From NCBI GenBank assembly GCA_964349395.1, contig CAYGGA010000001.1, forward strand, positions 65,991 to 129,990: a DNA stretch of 64,000 nt, in the 5' to 3' direction. Of the stretch, positions 34,465 to 44,537 are shown piece by piece. Origin of the DNA: an uncultured Gammaproteobacteria bacterium. GTDB lineage: Bacteria; Patescibacteriota; Microgenomatia; Woykebacterales; RBG-16-39-9b. Made by a program: the position numbers and the translations under genes. The number at the start of each line of letters is the position of its first letter. Position 1 is the stretch's first letter. The notes under the pieces were generated by a model. It had not been told where the DNA came from, searched no databases, and worked only from the letters and a program-made list of their open reading frames with translations.

Positions 34465-35008
34465 TGCTGCCAGGCCAGCTCTGACTCACTTGGCTGATGA
34501 GCTGACTACTTTGTGTGGTTCACCAGTTTTCTTGTTATTAAATGTAATTTTGTTTGCTAGTTGGATTTTAGTAAACTCGGGGATTTTACCCTTGGTGCCA
34601 GTTTTTGACCCTTTTCCCTTTGGGTTACTGACCATGTTGGTGTCCTTGGAGGCAATTATGCTTGCGATTTTAGTCCTGATTTCCCAAAACCGGTCAGCAT
34701 ACATAAATACCATCCGAGATGAAGTCAATCTCCAAATAAACCTTAAATCAGAAGAAGAAATTACTAAAATCTTGGAAGTATTGAAAGAACTTAGGGAAAA
34801 GCAGGGGATTACTACTCCTGATCCAGAGCTAGATCAAATGATTAAAAGAACTGATGCGGGGTATATCGAACAAGCGATCATCAATCAGCTAGTCAAGGCC
34901 AATGGGCCAGTTGTACACCAACTAATCAAGGAATTTCCAGATATTGTGGCTAAATTTGACCCACTAAAACTAGCTGACCTCCTCAAAATTCCCAAAGAAG
35001 ATAAGTAA
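34409..35008 (+). CDS. DUF1003 membrane protein
   Basis: Track ORF 34349..35008. The likely start is the internal ATG at 34409. Two TM segments plus a coiled-coil C-terminus typical of DUF1003. Confidence 0.55.
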   Translation: MQNTQRRRQFIKSIEAKSIAARPALTHLADELTTLCGSPVFLLLNVILFASWILVNSGILPLVPVFDPFPFGLLTMLVSLEAIMLAILVLISQNRSAYINTIRDEVNLQINLKSEEEITKILEVLKELREKQGITTPDPELDQMIKRTDAGYIEQAIINQLVKANGPVVHQLIKEFPDIVAKFDPLKLADLLKIPKEDK

Positions 35009-35129
35009 CTTAGCTTTATTTTCAACTCGAGAAAACCATAGGTTCAAATTCACAACAAAATAGGACCTATAGCATTGACTTTTAATGATAATTGTGCTAA
35101 TATGTTTTTAATCCAATTGGAGGAAGGTT

Positions 35130-35441
35130 ATGAGTTTGGATCACACCCTCGGTATCGTCAGGCGGTATGAACCTGCGTCCGAGGAGCATCGGTACGCAGT
35201 CATCAGCCGCAACCTCTCTGCCGAGACATACGAGGAGAGCGACCATGTCGTCTTTTCCTCGGGTGATCTGGAGGAGGTAGTCGTTCGTTTCATCCAGGAA
35301 GAATCCTGCCACATGTTCGAAGGTCTGTGGTCGGAAGGCTTCCCTGGAACTGAGACAGCGACGCTCCGTGAACTGCACGTCCTTCGCCTTCGCGAGCTTG
35401 CGGTGTACCACGGATTGGATCCTGAACTGGTCACCTCCTAA
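35130..35441 (+). CDS. hypothetical acidic protein, GC-rich
   Basis: 103 aa. Strong RBS GGAGGAAGG. GC by eye about 58%. Confidence 0.5.
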   Translation: MSLDHTLGIVRRYEPASEEHRYAVISRNLSAETYEESDHVVFSSGDLEEVVVRFIQEESCHMFEGLWSEGFPGTETATLRELHVLRLRELAVYHGLDPELVTS

Positions 35442-35545
35442 CGGGAACAACCAGTCTCAAACTCACCCCTGAGAATAGCAATTCTTGGGGGTGTTTCATT
35501 TTAAAAGCATTAATGTAGTTTTTTATGGTAAAATATGCCTATTGT

Positions 35546-35621
35546 GCGCCCATAGCTCAGTGGATAGAGCAGGACGGTTCTAACGTCAAGGTCGGGGGTT
35601 CGAATCCCTCTGGGCGTACCA
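35546..35621 (+). tRNA. tRNA-Arg(TCT)
   Basis: 76 nt. Acceptor GCGCCCA/TGGGCGT. Anticodon loop GTTCTAA. T-loop GGTTCGAATCC. CCA encoded. Confidence 0.85.
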
Positions 35622-35876
35622 ATAATTTAGGCGGAGAGTTGCTTTTTGCGCGAACAAGTAATATAATGTTTACAGGCTTTTTAGTATTGCCTTTTAGAAT
35701 GGAATATTTTGAAAAGCATTTTTTTTTGCTTACTTATTTGGGGACCACAGTAAGATCGACTCAAGATGAGACGGTTTTACTGTGTTTCCTTTTGAGGGAA
35801 GACAAAATCAAGGAAGGGGCAGTCTAAGGGAAACTATCCTTAACGACTAGAGTTCAGAGAAAGAGAGATCCTCAAC

Positions 35877-36368
35877 TTGTTCAAGAAAGTTATCATCTTG
35901 GGCGCGGTTGCGCTGGTTGCCATGCTCGGCATCGTCGCGACAGTCTCGGCCGCCGGCGGGTTTGACGAGTTCGGCTACAACGACACGGCCCGCATCTTCG
36001 TGGGACCCGCAGACGGCGTCGACGGCGTCATGGACGGAATGGTCTGGGGCGACGCTACCTACGCAAACGACCACCTCGTCATGAAGTGGAACGCGGCCTG
36101 GGATGCCTGCAACGATCTGAACACTCCGGAGGCCTGCGCTGGTGCCTGGATTGACAACGAATGGAACGGAAAAGTTCCCGACGGTAGCGGCGAGACCTGG
36201 CATTACAAGATCGTCTGGATCGGAGCCTGCGGAGCTTACGGAACCCCGACTGGTGACGGTGGCTACTGCATCTGGAATAGCTACGAGATGCTGATGTCCC
36301 AAGGAACTGCGGAGAACGTGCACATCTGGGACGCACACGCTATCCCGAACGGCTACGGCGGTCGATAG
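35877..36368 (+). CDS. secreted Trp/Cys/Gly-rich protein of unknown function, very GC-rich
   Basis: 163 aa. TTG start. Signal peptide MFKKVIILGAVALVAMLGIVATVSAAGG. GC by eye about 60%. An overlapping antisense ORF 35847..36338 is judged spurious. Confidence 0.5.
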   Translation: MFKKVIILGAVALVAMLGIVATVSAAGGFDEFGYNDTARIFVGPADGVDGVMDGMVWGDATYANDHLVMKWNAAWDACNDLNTPEACAGAWIDNEWNGKVPDGSGETWHYKIVWIGACGAYGTPTGDGGYCIWNSYEMLMSQGTAENVHIWDAHAIPNGYGGR

Positions 36369-36465
36369 CGCTTTTCCGGTGCAGGTCTTCTTCAGATAGC
36401 ACCGAGCCCTCTCAGGAAAAACAGTTACATAACCTAACTGGCGCTGTCTGTAATTCCGGAGAGTA

Positions 36466-36545
36466 GATCAACTGTGCTGTGTATTATTAAGTCCTCTTTG
36501 ACCCTAACCGGTACATTGAGAACCTAATATACACAGCACTTTTTT
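36466..36545 (+). terminator. long hairpin (11-bp stem GTGCTGTGTAT/ATACACAGCAC) followed by a T-run
   Basis: Perfect inverted repeat with a 44-nt loop, followed by TTTTTT. Confidence 0.35.
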
Positions 36546-36959
36546 AATATATTTTTCAATAATTTCTCCATCCAAACTACCTTGGGAAACTACTATTTGT
36601 CTTTGCATTAGGAAGTTAAACATCTGCTTTTCCCTTCCTAAAACGGTGTTTTGCTTGGAGCTTTCCTGTATAATAGGTGGTATCGAGCGCTTGGAGTTTC
36701 TTGTAGGTTAGGAGTAAACTATCGAAAATGGTGTTCCACCCAGAGACATCCAGGCGTACCAGTTTAAGCTTAGAACTTTAGTTCTAGGTTTAAACTGGGT
36801 CCAGAGTGTGGTGAACCCCCTCGGGTTCGAGTTGGCGAAGCAAACCAAGAGCTTTAGCTCCGGCATCCCTCTGGGCAACCATCCCACAGTAAAACCCATA
36901 GCCTTGACATCAAACTTTAATTATGATATCCTTCATCTACAAAAATTTGGAGAATTGAG

Positions 36960-37334
36960 ATGTGCGAGATTTACCACGGCGCGGTCTGGGAGATTGACGA
37001 GCCAATGAAGAGGGGCTACATCCTGGGTGACGACGGGCAAATGCACGCCTTTTCTCTGGTTGGCTACCGGAGCCTGAGGATCACCAAGAAGGATGGGTTG
37101 CGGTTTGTGGACAAGCCACCTATGAACACGCCGAAATACAAGCTTTGGGTGCACATGAACTTGAAGACTGGAGATCGGGTGGTCTACCAGAAGGCAAGGA
37201 TTCCTGGGCTCAACCACCACATGCCCGACTCTTACAACGCTTTTCCCTGGGTTTTGGAGTCTGTTTACAGCACACACGTTAGGCACGCGGCCAAACGGGG
37301 GATCGCCAACCAATTGCAACCTGTTCCGGTTTGA
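36960..37334 (+). CDS. hypothetical protein, GC-enriched
   Basis: 124 aa. No recognisable motif. GC by eye about 55%. Confidence 0.45.
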   Translation: MCEIYHGAVWEIDEPMKRGYILGDDGQMHAFSLVGYRSLRITKKDGLRFVDKPPMNTPKYKLWVHMNLKTGDRVVYQKARIPGLNHHMPDSYNAFPWVLESVYSTHVRHAAKRGIANQLQPVPV

Positions 37335-37377
37335 CCTACGACCGAACGCCTTTGAGTACACCACTCGGAGGCGGTTT

Positions 37378-39771
37378 TTATGCAGAAATAATTGGCTCTA
37401 CTATAGATTCCGTGGAATCAGTGAAAGTAGTCCCCTTGGCACTAATCAGAGGTTTGATGAGAGCTACCTTTAGAACTTCATCAATGTGTTCGACAAAGTA
37501 AAATTTCAGGTCTTTTAGAGTCTTCTGCGGGATTTCCTCAAGATCTTTTTCATTTCCTTTTGGCAAGATCAGTGTAGTTAGCCCCGCTCGGTGAGCTGCC
37601 AAAACTTTTTCTTTCACCCCACCAATATCTAAGACTTTACCTCTCAGAGTGATCTCACCGGTCATGGCTACTTCTTTCCGCACGGGGATTCGAGAAATCA
37701 TGGAAATGATGCTAGTGGCCATAGTGATACCAGCACTAGGCCCATCCTTTGGAATCGCCCCGGAGGGGACATGAATATGCACATCTTTATTTTTGTAGAA
37801 ATTTTCTGGGATCCCAATCTCACTCGCTTTGCTTCGTGCGTAGGAAAAAGCCGCAGTCGCACTTTCTTTCATAACATCCCCTAAAGATCCAGTCAAAATC
37901 AAAGTTCCTTTCCCAGGCATACTGGTTGATTCCACCCCCAGGACTTCCCCACCAGCCTCTGTCCAGGCTAGACCAGTAGCTACGCCAACTTCATCCTTTT
38001 TCTCTGCCAGCCACGGGCGGAATTTTTCTGGACCTAAATAAGTTTTCAAATCTTTTTCCGTAAGGGATGCTTTTTTGATGTTTTCTTCAGCCACCAGGCG
38101 GGCAATTTTTCTCGAAATAGTGGCAATTTCTCTTTCTAGATTTCTGACCCCGGCTTCACGAGTGTACTTGGTAATGACTGTAGAAAGGGCTTTATTCTCA
38201 ATCGTGAGCTGATCTTTCTTGAGCCCATGGTTTTCAATCTGCTTTGGCAAAAGATAATCAGTGGCGATATGAAATTTCTCTTCCTCGGTGTACCCAGGAA
38301 ATTCAATGATTTCCATACGGTCTCGCAGAGCCGGCGGGATAGTATCCAAATTGTTGGCGGTGGTGATAAACATCACGTCACTTAAGTCAAAAGGAACTTC
38401 TAGATAATGATCCGAGAACGCAAAATTTTGCTCTGGATCCAAAGCTTCTAGCAGGGCGGAAGAAGGGTCCCCTCTAAAGTCGTAACCTAATTTATCAATT
38501 TCGTCCAAAATAAAGACCGGGTTTTTGGTACCTGCATCTTTTACTCCTTGGATGATCCTTCCGGGCAAGGCTCCGACGTAGGTGCGGCGGTGCCCCCTGA
38601 TCTCAGCTTCATCTCGTATGCCACCCAAGGAAACTTTTACAAACTCCCGGTTTAAAGCCTTAGCAATCGATCTAGCAATCGAAGTCTTACCCACCCCTGG
38701 AGGACCAAAAAAGAGAATAATTGGGCCCTTCATTTTACCAGTGAGTTTTTTGACCGCTAAGTATTCTAAAATTCTTTCCTTAACTTTTTTCAAGCCGTAA
38801 TGGTCTTGGTTTAAAACCTTTTCCGCCTGCTTGACATCAATTTTTTCTTCACTTTTCTTTTTCCAAGGCAAAGCAACCAGCGTATCTAAATAAGTGCGGA
38901 TATAGGAGACCTCAGGGCTCATCGATGGCATTTTTTTGAGTCGATCTAACTCCTTAAGAGCCTTGGTCTGGATCTCTTCTGGCATCCCCGCAGTACGGAT
39001 CCCTTTTTCTAATTCCTGGAATTCTTCCTGTTCTTCTTTGATTCCCAATTCTTTTTCAATTGTTTTGAGTTCTTCCCGCAGAAAAGCTTCTTTGGCGCTT
39101 TTGCCGAGCTCTTCGGCGGTCTTATCTTGGATTTTGCGCGCGGTTTGGAAAACACTGAGTTCACGAGAGAGATAACTAGTTACCATATCCAGTCTTTTCT
39201 TAAAACTATCTGCTTCCAGAAGATCCTGCTTTTCTTGCGATTTCAAATCTAAATTGACGACCAATGTGTCTAGTACTCGCAGCGGATTAGAGAAGTCAAA
39301 AACAGCCGAAATTGTGTCTAGAGCCACTGATTTACCCATGGATATAAGTTGTCTAAATTGCTCAACGGCCGCGCGAAGAGTCTCTTCAATCTCTGGATCA
39401 GAGACATAAGTTTCGGGGAGTTCTTCGAGATTTACTTCAAAATAAACTTGGTTTTTGGCGAAAGATTTGATTTTGGCTCTAGTTTCGCCTTCAACCATGA
39501 TATTGATGACGCCATCTGGAAGTCTTTGGACTTGGTTGATCTTGGCAATCGTGCCGACACTATAGAGATCTTCTTCTTTTGGATCATCTTGGTCCTTGTC
39601 TTTTTGCATTACCAAAAAGATCTTTTTACTAGACAGCAGAGAAGCTTCTAAAGCCTTCACACTTTTGTCCCTTTTTAAAGAGATTGGTACTAAAGCATAG
39701 GGAAAAATTACAACATCGCGGACTGGAATTAGGGGAAGTGAAACCACATTCATAGAGTCAGACTTTAGCAT
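37378..39771 (-). CDS. lon: ATP-dependent Lon protease
   Basis: 797 aa. Walker [10 protein letters not shown]. Catalytic PKDGPSAG motif. N-terminal LON domain. Confidence 0.95.
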   Translation of the reverse strand: MLKSDSMNVVSLPLIPVRDVVIFPYALVPISLKRDKSVKALEASLLSSKKIFLVMQKDKDQDDPKEEDLYSVGTIAKINQVQRLPDGVINIMVEGETRAKIKSFAKNQVYFEVNLEELPETYVSDPEIEETLRAAVEQFRQLISMGKSVALDTISAVFDFSNPLRVLDTLVVNLDLKSQEKQDLLEADSFKKRLDMVTSYLSRELSVFQTARKIQDKTAEELGKSAKEAFLREELKTIEKELGIKEEQEEFQELEKGIRTAGMPEEIQTKALKELDRLKKMPSMSPEVSYIRTYLDTLVALPWKKKSEEKIDVKQAEKVLNQDHYGLKKVKERILEYLAVKKLTGKMKGPIILFFGPPGVGKTSIARSIAKALNREFVKVSLGGIRDEAEIRGHRRTYVGALPGRIIQGVKDAGTKNPVFILDEIDKLGYDFRGDPSSALLEALDPEQNFAFSDHYLEVPFDLSDVMFITTANNLDTIPPALRDRMEIIEFPGYTEEEKFHIATDYLLPKQIENHGLKKDQLTIENKALSTVITKYTREAGVRNLEREIATISRKIARLVAEENIKKASLTEKDLKTYLGPEKFRPWLAEKKDEVGVATGLAWTEAGGEVLGVESTSMPGKGTLILTGSLGDVMKESATAAFSYARSKASEIGIPENFYKNKDVHIHVPSGAIPKDGPSAGITMATSIISMISRIPVRKEVAMTGEITLRGKVLDIGGVKEKVLAAHRAGLTTLILPKGNEKDLEEIPQKTLKDLKFYFVEHIDEVLKVALIKPLISAKGTTFTDSTESIVEPIISA

Positions 39772-39943
39772 AAGTTAGCAACAATGTCAACAGAGTGCTA
39801 ACAGCCAGCTGATTAAGGAGATTTATTATTACGTACTCCAAAGCGCAACTTTGCCTCTTGCCATTTCCAAACTATAGTTATAGTATAAGTATAACGTATT
39901 GGGATAGTAAATTGTATTACTTCCTTCTGCTCCCATCATATCC

Positions 39944-40858
39944 ATGAGAAATAAGAAAATTGACACACAGACTTCAAGAGCCAGACGAAGTGACCCAGTA
40001 GTGGGTAAATTTGAACACCGCAATCAAATCAAGCTTCAGACTATGGTGTATGTAAAAACTAAAGAGCTTAGAGATACCAATAAAGCCTTAAAAAAAGAGA
40101 TTGAAATGAGGAAAAAGATTGAGGAGAGGCTAAAAGAACTAGAGAGAAGTAAAAATGAGTTTGTCTCCGTCGCATCACATGAATTTAGAACACCACTCAC
40201 GATTGTCAATGGTTATCTGTCTCTACTTTTAAACGGTGACTTAGGTTCTTTTAGAGACGCTCAAGGACAAAAAAATTTAAATTTGATTTTGGGTAGAGTC
40301 TTCAAAGAAACTCAGCGGTTAAATAAGCTGGCCGAGGAGCTTTTAAGTGTTTCTCGGATTGAGAGTGGAAAAATCAAACTCCATTTAACCAGAGTCTTTG
40401 TGGATGAGATGATTGGTGAGGTCCTCGCTGAGTTTCAAACTCTCGCTCGAACAAAAGCTATAAAACTAAAGCTGCATAAACTCGACCCTTCCCACCCAAC
40501 TTTTCAAGTCAGTGCTGACATTGATAAATTGAAGCAAGTTTTAGTAAATCTCATTGAAAATGCCATTAAATTTACTCCCTCAGATGGACAAGTGGTCATC
40601 ACGTGTTTCCGCAATGAAGGCGAAGTGGTTACGGAAATCAAAGATAATGGTGTGGGCATTTCCAGAAATATACTCCCAAGAATTTTTGAGAAATTTCAGC
40701 AGGGGAGTGACAGTTTTGTAAAAGAAAATAAAGGGGCCGGTTTGGGTTTGTATATAGTCAAATCCTTAGTCGAGCTCCATCGTGGTGAAGTCTGGGTCAA
40801 TTCAAAAATTGGCAAAGGGTCCACCTTTAGTTTTTCCTTGCCGCTTCAGGCAAATTAG
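39944..40858 (+). CDS. cytoplasmic histidine kinase (coiled-coil, HisKA, HATPase_c), paralog of 21015..22646
   Basis: 304 aa. H-box SHEFRTPLTIVNGYLSLL is nearly identical to the other kinase. G-box GAGLGL. Confidence 0.85.
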   Translation: MRNKKIDTQTSRARRSDPVVGKFEHRNQIKLQTMVYVKTKELRDTNKALKKEIEMRKKIEERLKELERSKNEFVSVASHEFRTPLTIVNGYLSLLLNGDLGSFRDAQGQKNLNLILGRVFKETQRLNKLAEELLSVSRIESGKIKLHLTRVFVDEMIGEVLAEFQTLARTKAIKLKLHKLDPSHPTFQVSADIDKLKQVLVNLIENAIKFTPSDGQVVITCFRNEGEVVTEIKDNGVGISRNILPRIFEKFQQGSDSFVKENKGAGLGLYIVKSLVELHRGEVWVNSKIGKGSTFSFSLPLQAN

Positions 40859-40936
40859 ATAGCAAATGGTTGGTTAGTTGTTGAAAGAACAACCAAGTAA
40901 AGTTACAATACCAGTATCATAATATGTGATATAAAT

Positions 40937-41173
40937 ATGACAACTTTGGATGTTTTACTCATTACTTTAGCAGTGTGTAGCACGGTTTTGACGGTGGGAG
41001 CTGTATTTTTGACTAAAAGATTATTAGAGACCTTGAATATTTTGAATAAAGTTCTAGCGAGTGTAGAAGATACCACTGCCGATGTCAGGGAGCTTAAAAA
41101 TTCGATCAAGATAGGTGGCCTGTCCGCCCTCAGCAAACTGTTGGGGTTGGTAGGTGGCAAAATAAAAACATGA
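40937..41173 (+). CDS. DUF948 (YtxG-like) membrane protein
   Basis: 78 aa. N-terminal TM plus coiled coil. Confidence 0.5.
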   Translation: MTTLDVLLITLAVCSTVLTVGAVFLTKRLLETLNILNKVLASVEDTTADVRELKNSIKIGGLSALSKLLGLVGGKIKT

Positions 41174-41179
41174 TGGGAG

Positions 41180-41473
41180 GTGACATATATGGCTGATGAA
41201 AAAAGAGGTATCAATCCACTGGGTGCTGCCGTAGTGGGTGCTGCCGTCGGTGCCGCTGCCGTGGCTCTATCAAATAAAGATACTCGGGAGAAAGTCAAAG
41301 CCGAGGTGGATAAAGCCCGCCAAGAGGCCGGTAAAAAGGTAGAACAGTTCCAAAGTCAGATTCAGAAAGCGCGCCACCAGGGAGAAAAAATGGTCGATGA
41401 AACCAAAGCAGAAGTTGACCAAAAGTTAACTCAGGCTAAAAGACAAGTTGACAGTAAAACGAAGAAAAGTTAA
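41180..41473 (+). CDS. YtxH-like general stress protein
   Basis: 97 aa. Gly/Ala-rich TM (LGAAVVGAAVGAAAVAL) then charged helix. Confidence 0.5.
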   Translation: MTYMADEKRGINPLGAAVVGAAVGAAAVALSNKDTREKVKAEVDKARQEAGKKVEQFQSQIQKARHQGEKMVDETKAEVDQKLTQAKRQVDSKTKKS

Positions 41474-41482
41474 CCTAAAATT

Positions 41483-41830
41483 GTGAGACTGATTCTAAAC
41501 CTTCTGATTGGGACGCTGGGAGTTTGGATTACGGGCAGGGTTTTGCCTGGGGTTCATCTGGACAGCTTGCAGGCAGCACTAATCGTGGCCATCCTACTAG
41601 GAATTGTAAATATTGTGGTTAAACCGATTCTGGTGGTGCTAACTTTGCCGATCACTTTAGTTTCTCTTGGACTATTTCTTTTTGTCATCAATGCGTTGAT
41701 GATTTTACTGGTCGACGTCTTTGTGAGTGGGTTTAGTGTGGACAATTTTTGGTGGGCCTTGCTTTTTAGTCTCGTAGTCTCTGTTGTCACGTCGTTTCTT
41801 AATTCTCTTTCCAAACCTGCAGCCGAGTAA
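41483..41830 (+). CDS. DUF360 / phage-holin-family-4-like 4-TM membrane protein
   Basis: 115 aa. LLIGTLGVWITGRVLPGVHLDSLQAALIVAILLGIVN is the typical DUF360 N-terminus. Confidence 0.6.
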   Translation: MRLILNLLIGTLGVWITGRVLPGVHLDSLQAALIVAILLGIVNIVVKPILVVLTLPITLVSLGLFLFVINALMILLVDVFVSGFSVDNFWWALLFSLVVSVVTSFLNSLSKPAAE

Positions 41831-41873
41831 GCTTGTAGTTAAGTAGCGCTACCTTAGCCTGACCAAGGGTTAT

Positions 41874-44063
41874 ATGAGATTATTAATTGTAGCCAATCGA
41901 CTGCCGATAACCTTGGTAGAAAACCAAGATAAAATCTCCATCCATGAGAGTTCGGGCGGGTTAGTGAGTTCAATTGGCTCCTATGTCAAAGGTCTAGGAA
42001 AAGATTTGTATGCTAAAGACTCTTATCTGTGGGTGGGGTGGCCTGGGGGAGACTATCCAAAAGATAAAAAAAGGCAAGTTCAAACTATTTTTGAGAAAGC
42101 CAACAGCTATCCTGTCTATTTAAATCAAGACCAGATAGACAACTTTTATCTGGGATTCTGTAACAAAATTCTCTGGCCACTTTTTCATTATTTCCCAACT
42201 TATTGTGAGTTTTCCGAACCTTACTGGGAAAGCTATAAAGAAGTTAATAGACTGTTTTTGGACAAGGTGCTAAAAAACTACCATCACGATGATGTAGTTT
42301 TAATTCAAGATTACCATTTTATGCTCCTTCCTCAAATGCTTAGGGAAGCGCGGCCAAAAGCGACGATTGGTTTTTTCCTGCATACCCCTTTCCCCTCTTT
42401 TGAGATTTTTCGTCTTTTGCCCAAAAGCTGGCGTGAAGCGATTTTGGAAGGTTTACTGGGAAGTGACCTGATTGGTTTTCATACCCAAGACTATAGTGAT
42501 CATTTTTTGCGATGTGTTTCCCGAATTTTAGGTCAAGAACACCAGCTGGGGCGCTTTTCCTATCAAGAAAGAGTGGTAGAGACATCTGTTTTACCAATTG
42601 GCATTAATTTTGATAAGTTTCATACGTCTTTCAAGCAACCTAAAGTCAAAAAAGAGGAGAAAAGACTTAAAAAACTCATTGGTGATCGAAAGACAATTTT
42701 TTCATTGGATAGACTTGATTACACCAAAGGCCTCAAACAAAGGTTGGAGGGGTTTGAACTCTTTTTAAAAAAACACCCCGCTTTTCATAAAAAAGTCACC
42801 TTAGTCATGGTAGTTATTCCCTCTAGGCAAGATATCCCTCAGTATTTCCAGATCAGACAAGATATTGAGCTTCTAATCAGCAAGATCAATGGCCAGTTTG
42901 GGGATCTAGACTGGACACCCATAAATTACCTCTATAGATCCTTAACTGAAGAAGAATTGACGGCTTTGTATGACTTGGCCGACATTAGTCTAGTGACTCC
43001 CCTGAGAGATGGAATGAATTTAGTTGCCAAAGAATTTATTGCCTCTAAAAGAAGAACCGGGGTTCTCATACTGTCTGAATTTGCTGGTAGTGCCCAGGAA
43101 CTAAAAGAAGCGATCATCGTCAATCCTCATAGTATCACCGAAATTGCTGACGCTATCTACGAAAGTTTGCAAATAAGCCCTACGAAACAGAAGGAAAATC
43201 TCACTGCAATGCAGGCAAGGCTAAAATATTATGATGTCAAACACTGGGCCGCGGAATTCATTGACCAAATCCTCACGGTCAGGCAAGATCAACCCAAACT
43301 GCGCTACTTGCAAGAGGAAAAAAATCTAGTCTCCCTGCAGCAAAAATATCAGCGCGCTACCAATCGACTATTTTTAATTGATTATGATGGCACTTTAACG
43401 CCTTTTTATTCTCATCCAAATTTAGCAAAATTGCCTTCTAAAGCTGCCTCGATTTTGAGAAAACTAGTAAAAGATGAAAAAAATACCGTCTATATTGTCA
43501 GCGCTCGTGACCGGTTCAGTTTGGATACTTGGTTTAGCAATCTAAAAGTCGGGCTGGTCGCAGAGCACGGTGCTTTTATCAAAGATGTCACAGAAGGGTG
43601 GCAATTTCTACATACTATCGAAAAATCCTGGAAGGAAAAAATTCGACCCTTTTTTGAAAAAGCTTGCGACCGCTTGCCCGAGTCTTTTATTGAGGAAAAA
43701 GAATTTTCTATTGTCTGGCACTATCGCAAAAGCGATCCCAAAATCGCTGAGATAGTTGCTTTAGAACTAGCGGATGATTTAAAAAGCTTAACTTCCAATA
43801 TGAATCTTCAAGTTTTGCTGGAGCATAAAGTAGTGGAAGTCAAAAGTTCTTTGGTGAGTAAAGCAGCGGTAGGTTACCACCTTTTAAGTCAAAAGAGTTA
43901 TGAATTTATTTTCTCGATTGGCGATGGCAAGGCGGATGAAGACTTGTTTAGTATGTTGCCTCCCAAGGCGATTACGGTGAGTGTTGGCCAGCAGCAGTCT
44001 TCGGCCAAATACTATCTTCCTGATCAAAAAGAAGTGATCAAAATCCTGGAATCCTTAATTTAA
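41874..44063 (+). CDS. otsA: bifunctional trehalose-6-phosphate synthase (GT20) / trehalose-6-phosphate phosphatase (HAD)
   Basis: 729 aa. N-terminal OtsA-like LWVGWPG...HDYHL region. C-terminal HAD motifs LIDYDGTLTP and GDGKADEDLF. Confidence 0.9.
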   Translation: MRLLIVANRLPITLVENQDKISIHESSGGLVSSIGSYVKGLGKDLYAKDSYLWVGWPGGDYPKDKKRQVQTIFEKANSYPVYLNQDQIDNFYLGFCNKILWPLFHYFPTYCEFSEPYWESYKEVNRLFLDKVLKNYHHDDVVLIQDYHFMLLPQMLREARPKATIGFFLHTPFPSFEIFRLLPKSWREAILEGLLGSDLIGFHTQDYSDHFLRCVSRILGQEHQLGRFSYQERVVETSVLPIGINFDKFHTSFKQPKVKKEEKRLKKLIGDRKTIFSLDRLDYTKGLKQRLEGFELFLKKHPAFHKKVTLVMVVIPSRQDIPQYFQIRQDIELLISKINGQFGDLDWTPINYLYRSLTEEELTALYDLADISLVTPLRDGMNLVAKEFIASKRRTGVLILSEFAGSAQELKEAIIVNPHSITEIADAIYESLQISPTKQKENLTAMQARLKYYDVKHWAAEFIDQILTVRQDQPKLRYLQEEKNLVSLQQKYQRATNRLFLIDYDGTLTPFYSHPNLAKLPSKAASILRKLVKDEKNTVYIVSARDRFSLDTWFSNLKVGLVAEHGAFIKDVTEGWQFLHTIEKSWKEKIRPFFEKACDRLPESFIEEKEFSIVWHYRKSDPKIAEIVALELADDLKSLTSNMNLQVLLEHKVVEVKSSLVSKAAVGYHLLSQKSYEFIFSIGDGKADEDLFSMLPPKAITVSVGQQQSSAKYYLPDQKEVIKILESLI

Positions 44064-44094
44064 ATAATACTTTTATTTTTTTCTGCGTAGTATA

Positions 44095-44436
44095 ATGGGT
44101 CAAATCAAAAGAGAGGTCCAAATTGTGATGGGGGAAACAGTGCCTGAGCTGACCTTGCACATCAGGCCATCTAGGTATGGGTACGACATTTTATTGAGCG
44201 GAGCCCCCGAAGAATTTCGAGCCACTCGTGTCTACTCTTTCTGGAGAGATCCTAAGGAGATTATGATCTGCCGCGAGGAACATTTGGAATATGCCCTTGG
44301 CTTTTGTAACCTCTTCAAGGCAACTTGCCGTTTTCCTGTCAATATTGAGCAGGAGTGCGAGGAGATGGCCGGTCCTGCTAGTCCCGCCGTTGCACTGGCT
44401 CGTGAGATCAATGAACTCCTGATGCAGCCAGCCTAA
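44095..44436 (+). CDS. hypothetical small protein, GC-enriched
   Basis: 113 aa. Followed by a hairpin terminator at about 44449-44475. Confidence 0.4.
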   Translation: MGQIKREVQIVMGETVPELTLHIRPSRYGYDILLSGAPEEFRATRVYSFWRDPKEIMICREEHLEYALGFCNLFKATCRFPVNIEQECEEMAGPASPAVALAREINELLMQPA

Positions 44437-44448
44437 ACCTTCTGACAA

Positions 44449-44475
44449 GCCCCAACTGAACAGCTGGGGCTTTTT
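44449..44475 (+). terminator. intrinsic terminator (AGCCCCAACTG..CAGCTGGGGCT + TTTTT)
   Basis: 11-bp stem with one mismatch, followed by a T5 run. Confidence 0.5.
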
Positions 44476-44493
44476 ATATCCAATCTGCCAGAT

Positions 44494-44529
44494 TAAAAAA
44501 AGAACCCCTCTGAAATTCAGAAGGGTTCG
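44494..44529 (-). terminator. intrinsic terminator for the OmpR-type regulator gene (hairpin GAACCCCTCTGAA/TTCAGAAGGGTTC + T-run on minus)
   Basis: 13-bp stem, followed by A7 on plus (T7 on minus). Confidence 0.5.
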
Positions 44530-44537
44530 GGGTGAAA

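Noticed and set aside
35847-36338. Minus-strand ORF antisense to the secreted-protein gene
   Set aside because: High GC keeps many frames open. The plus-strand frame has a clean signal peptide and a sensible start. The antisense product is Arg/Ser-rich low complexity.
36369-36959. ncRNA or riboswitch in the 560-bp spacer before ORF 36960..37334
   Set aside because: Contains a long hairpin and a TTGACA/TATGAT-like promoter, but I found no recognisable Rfam-type conserved motif. Left as an unexplained spacer, mentioned under the tRNA-Arg islet.
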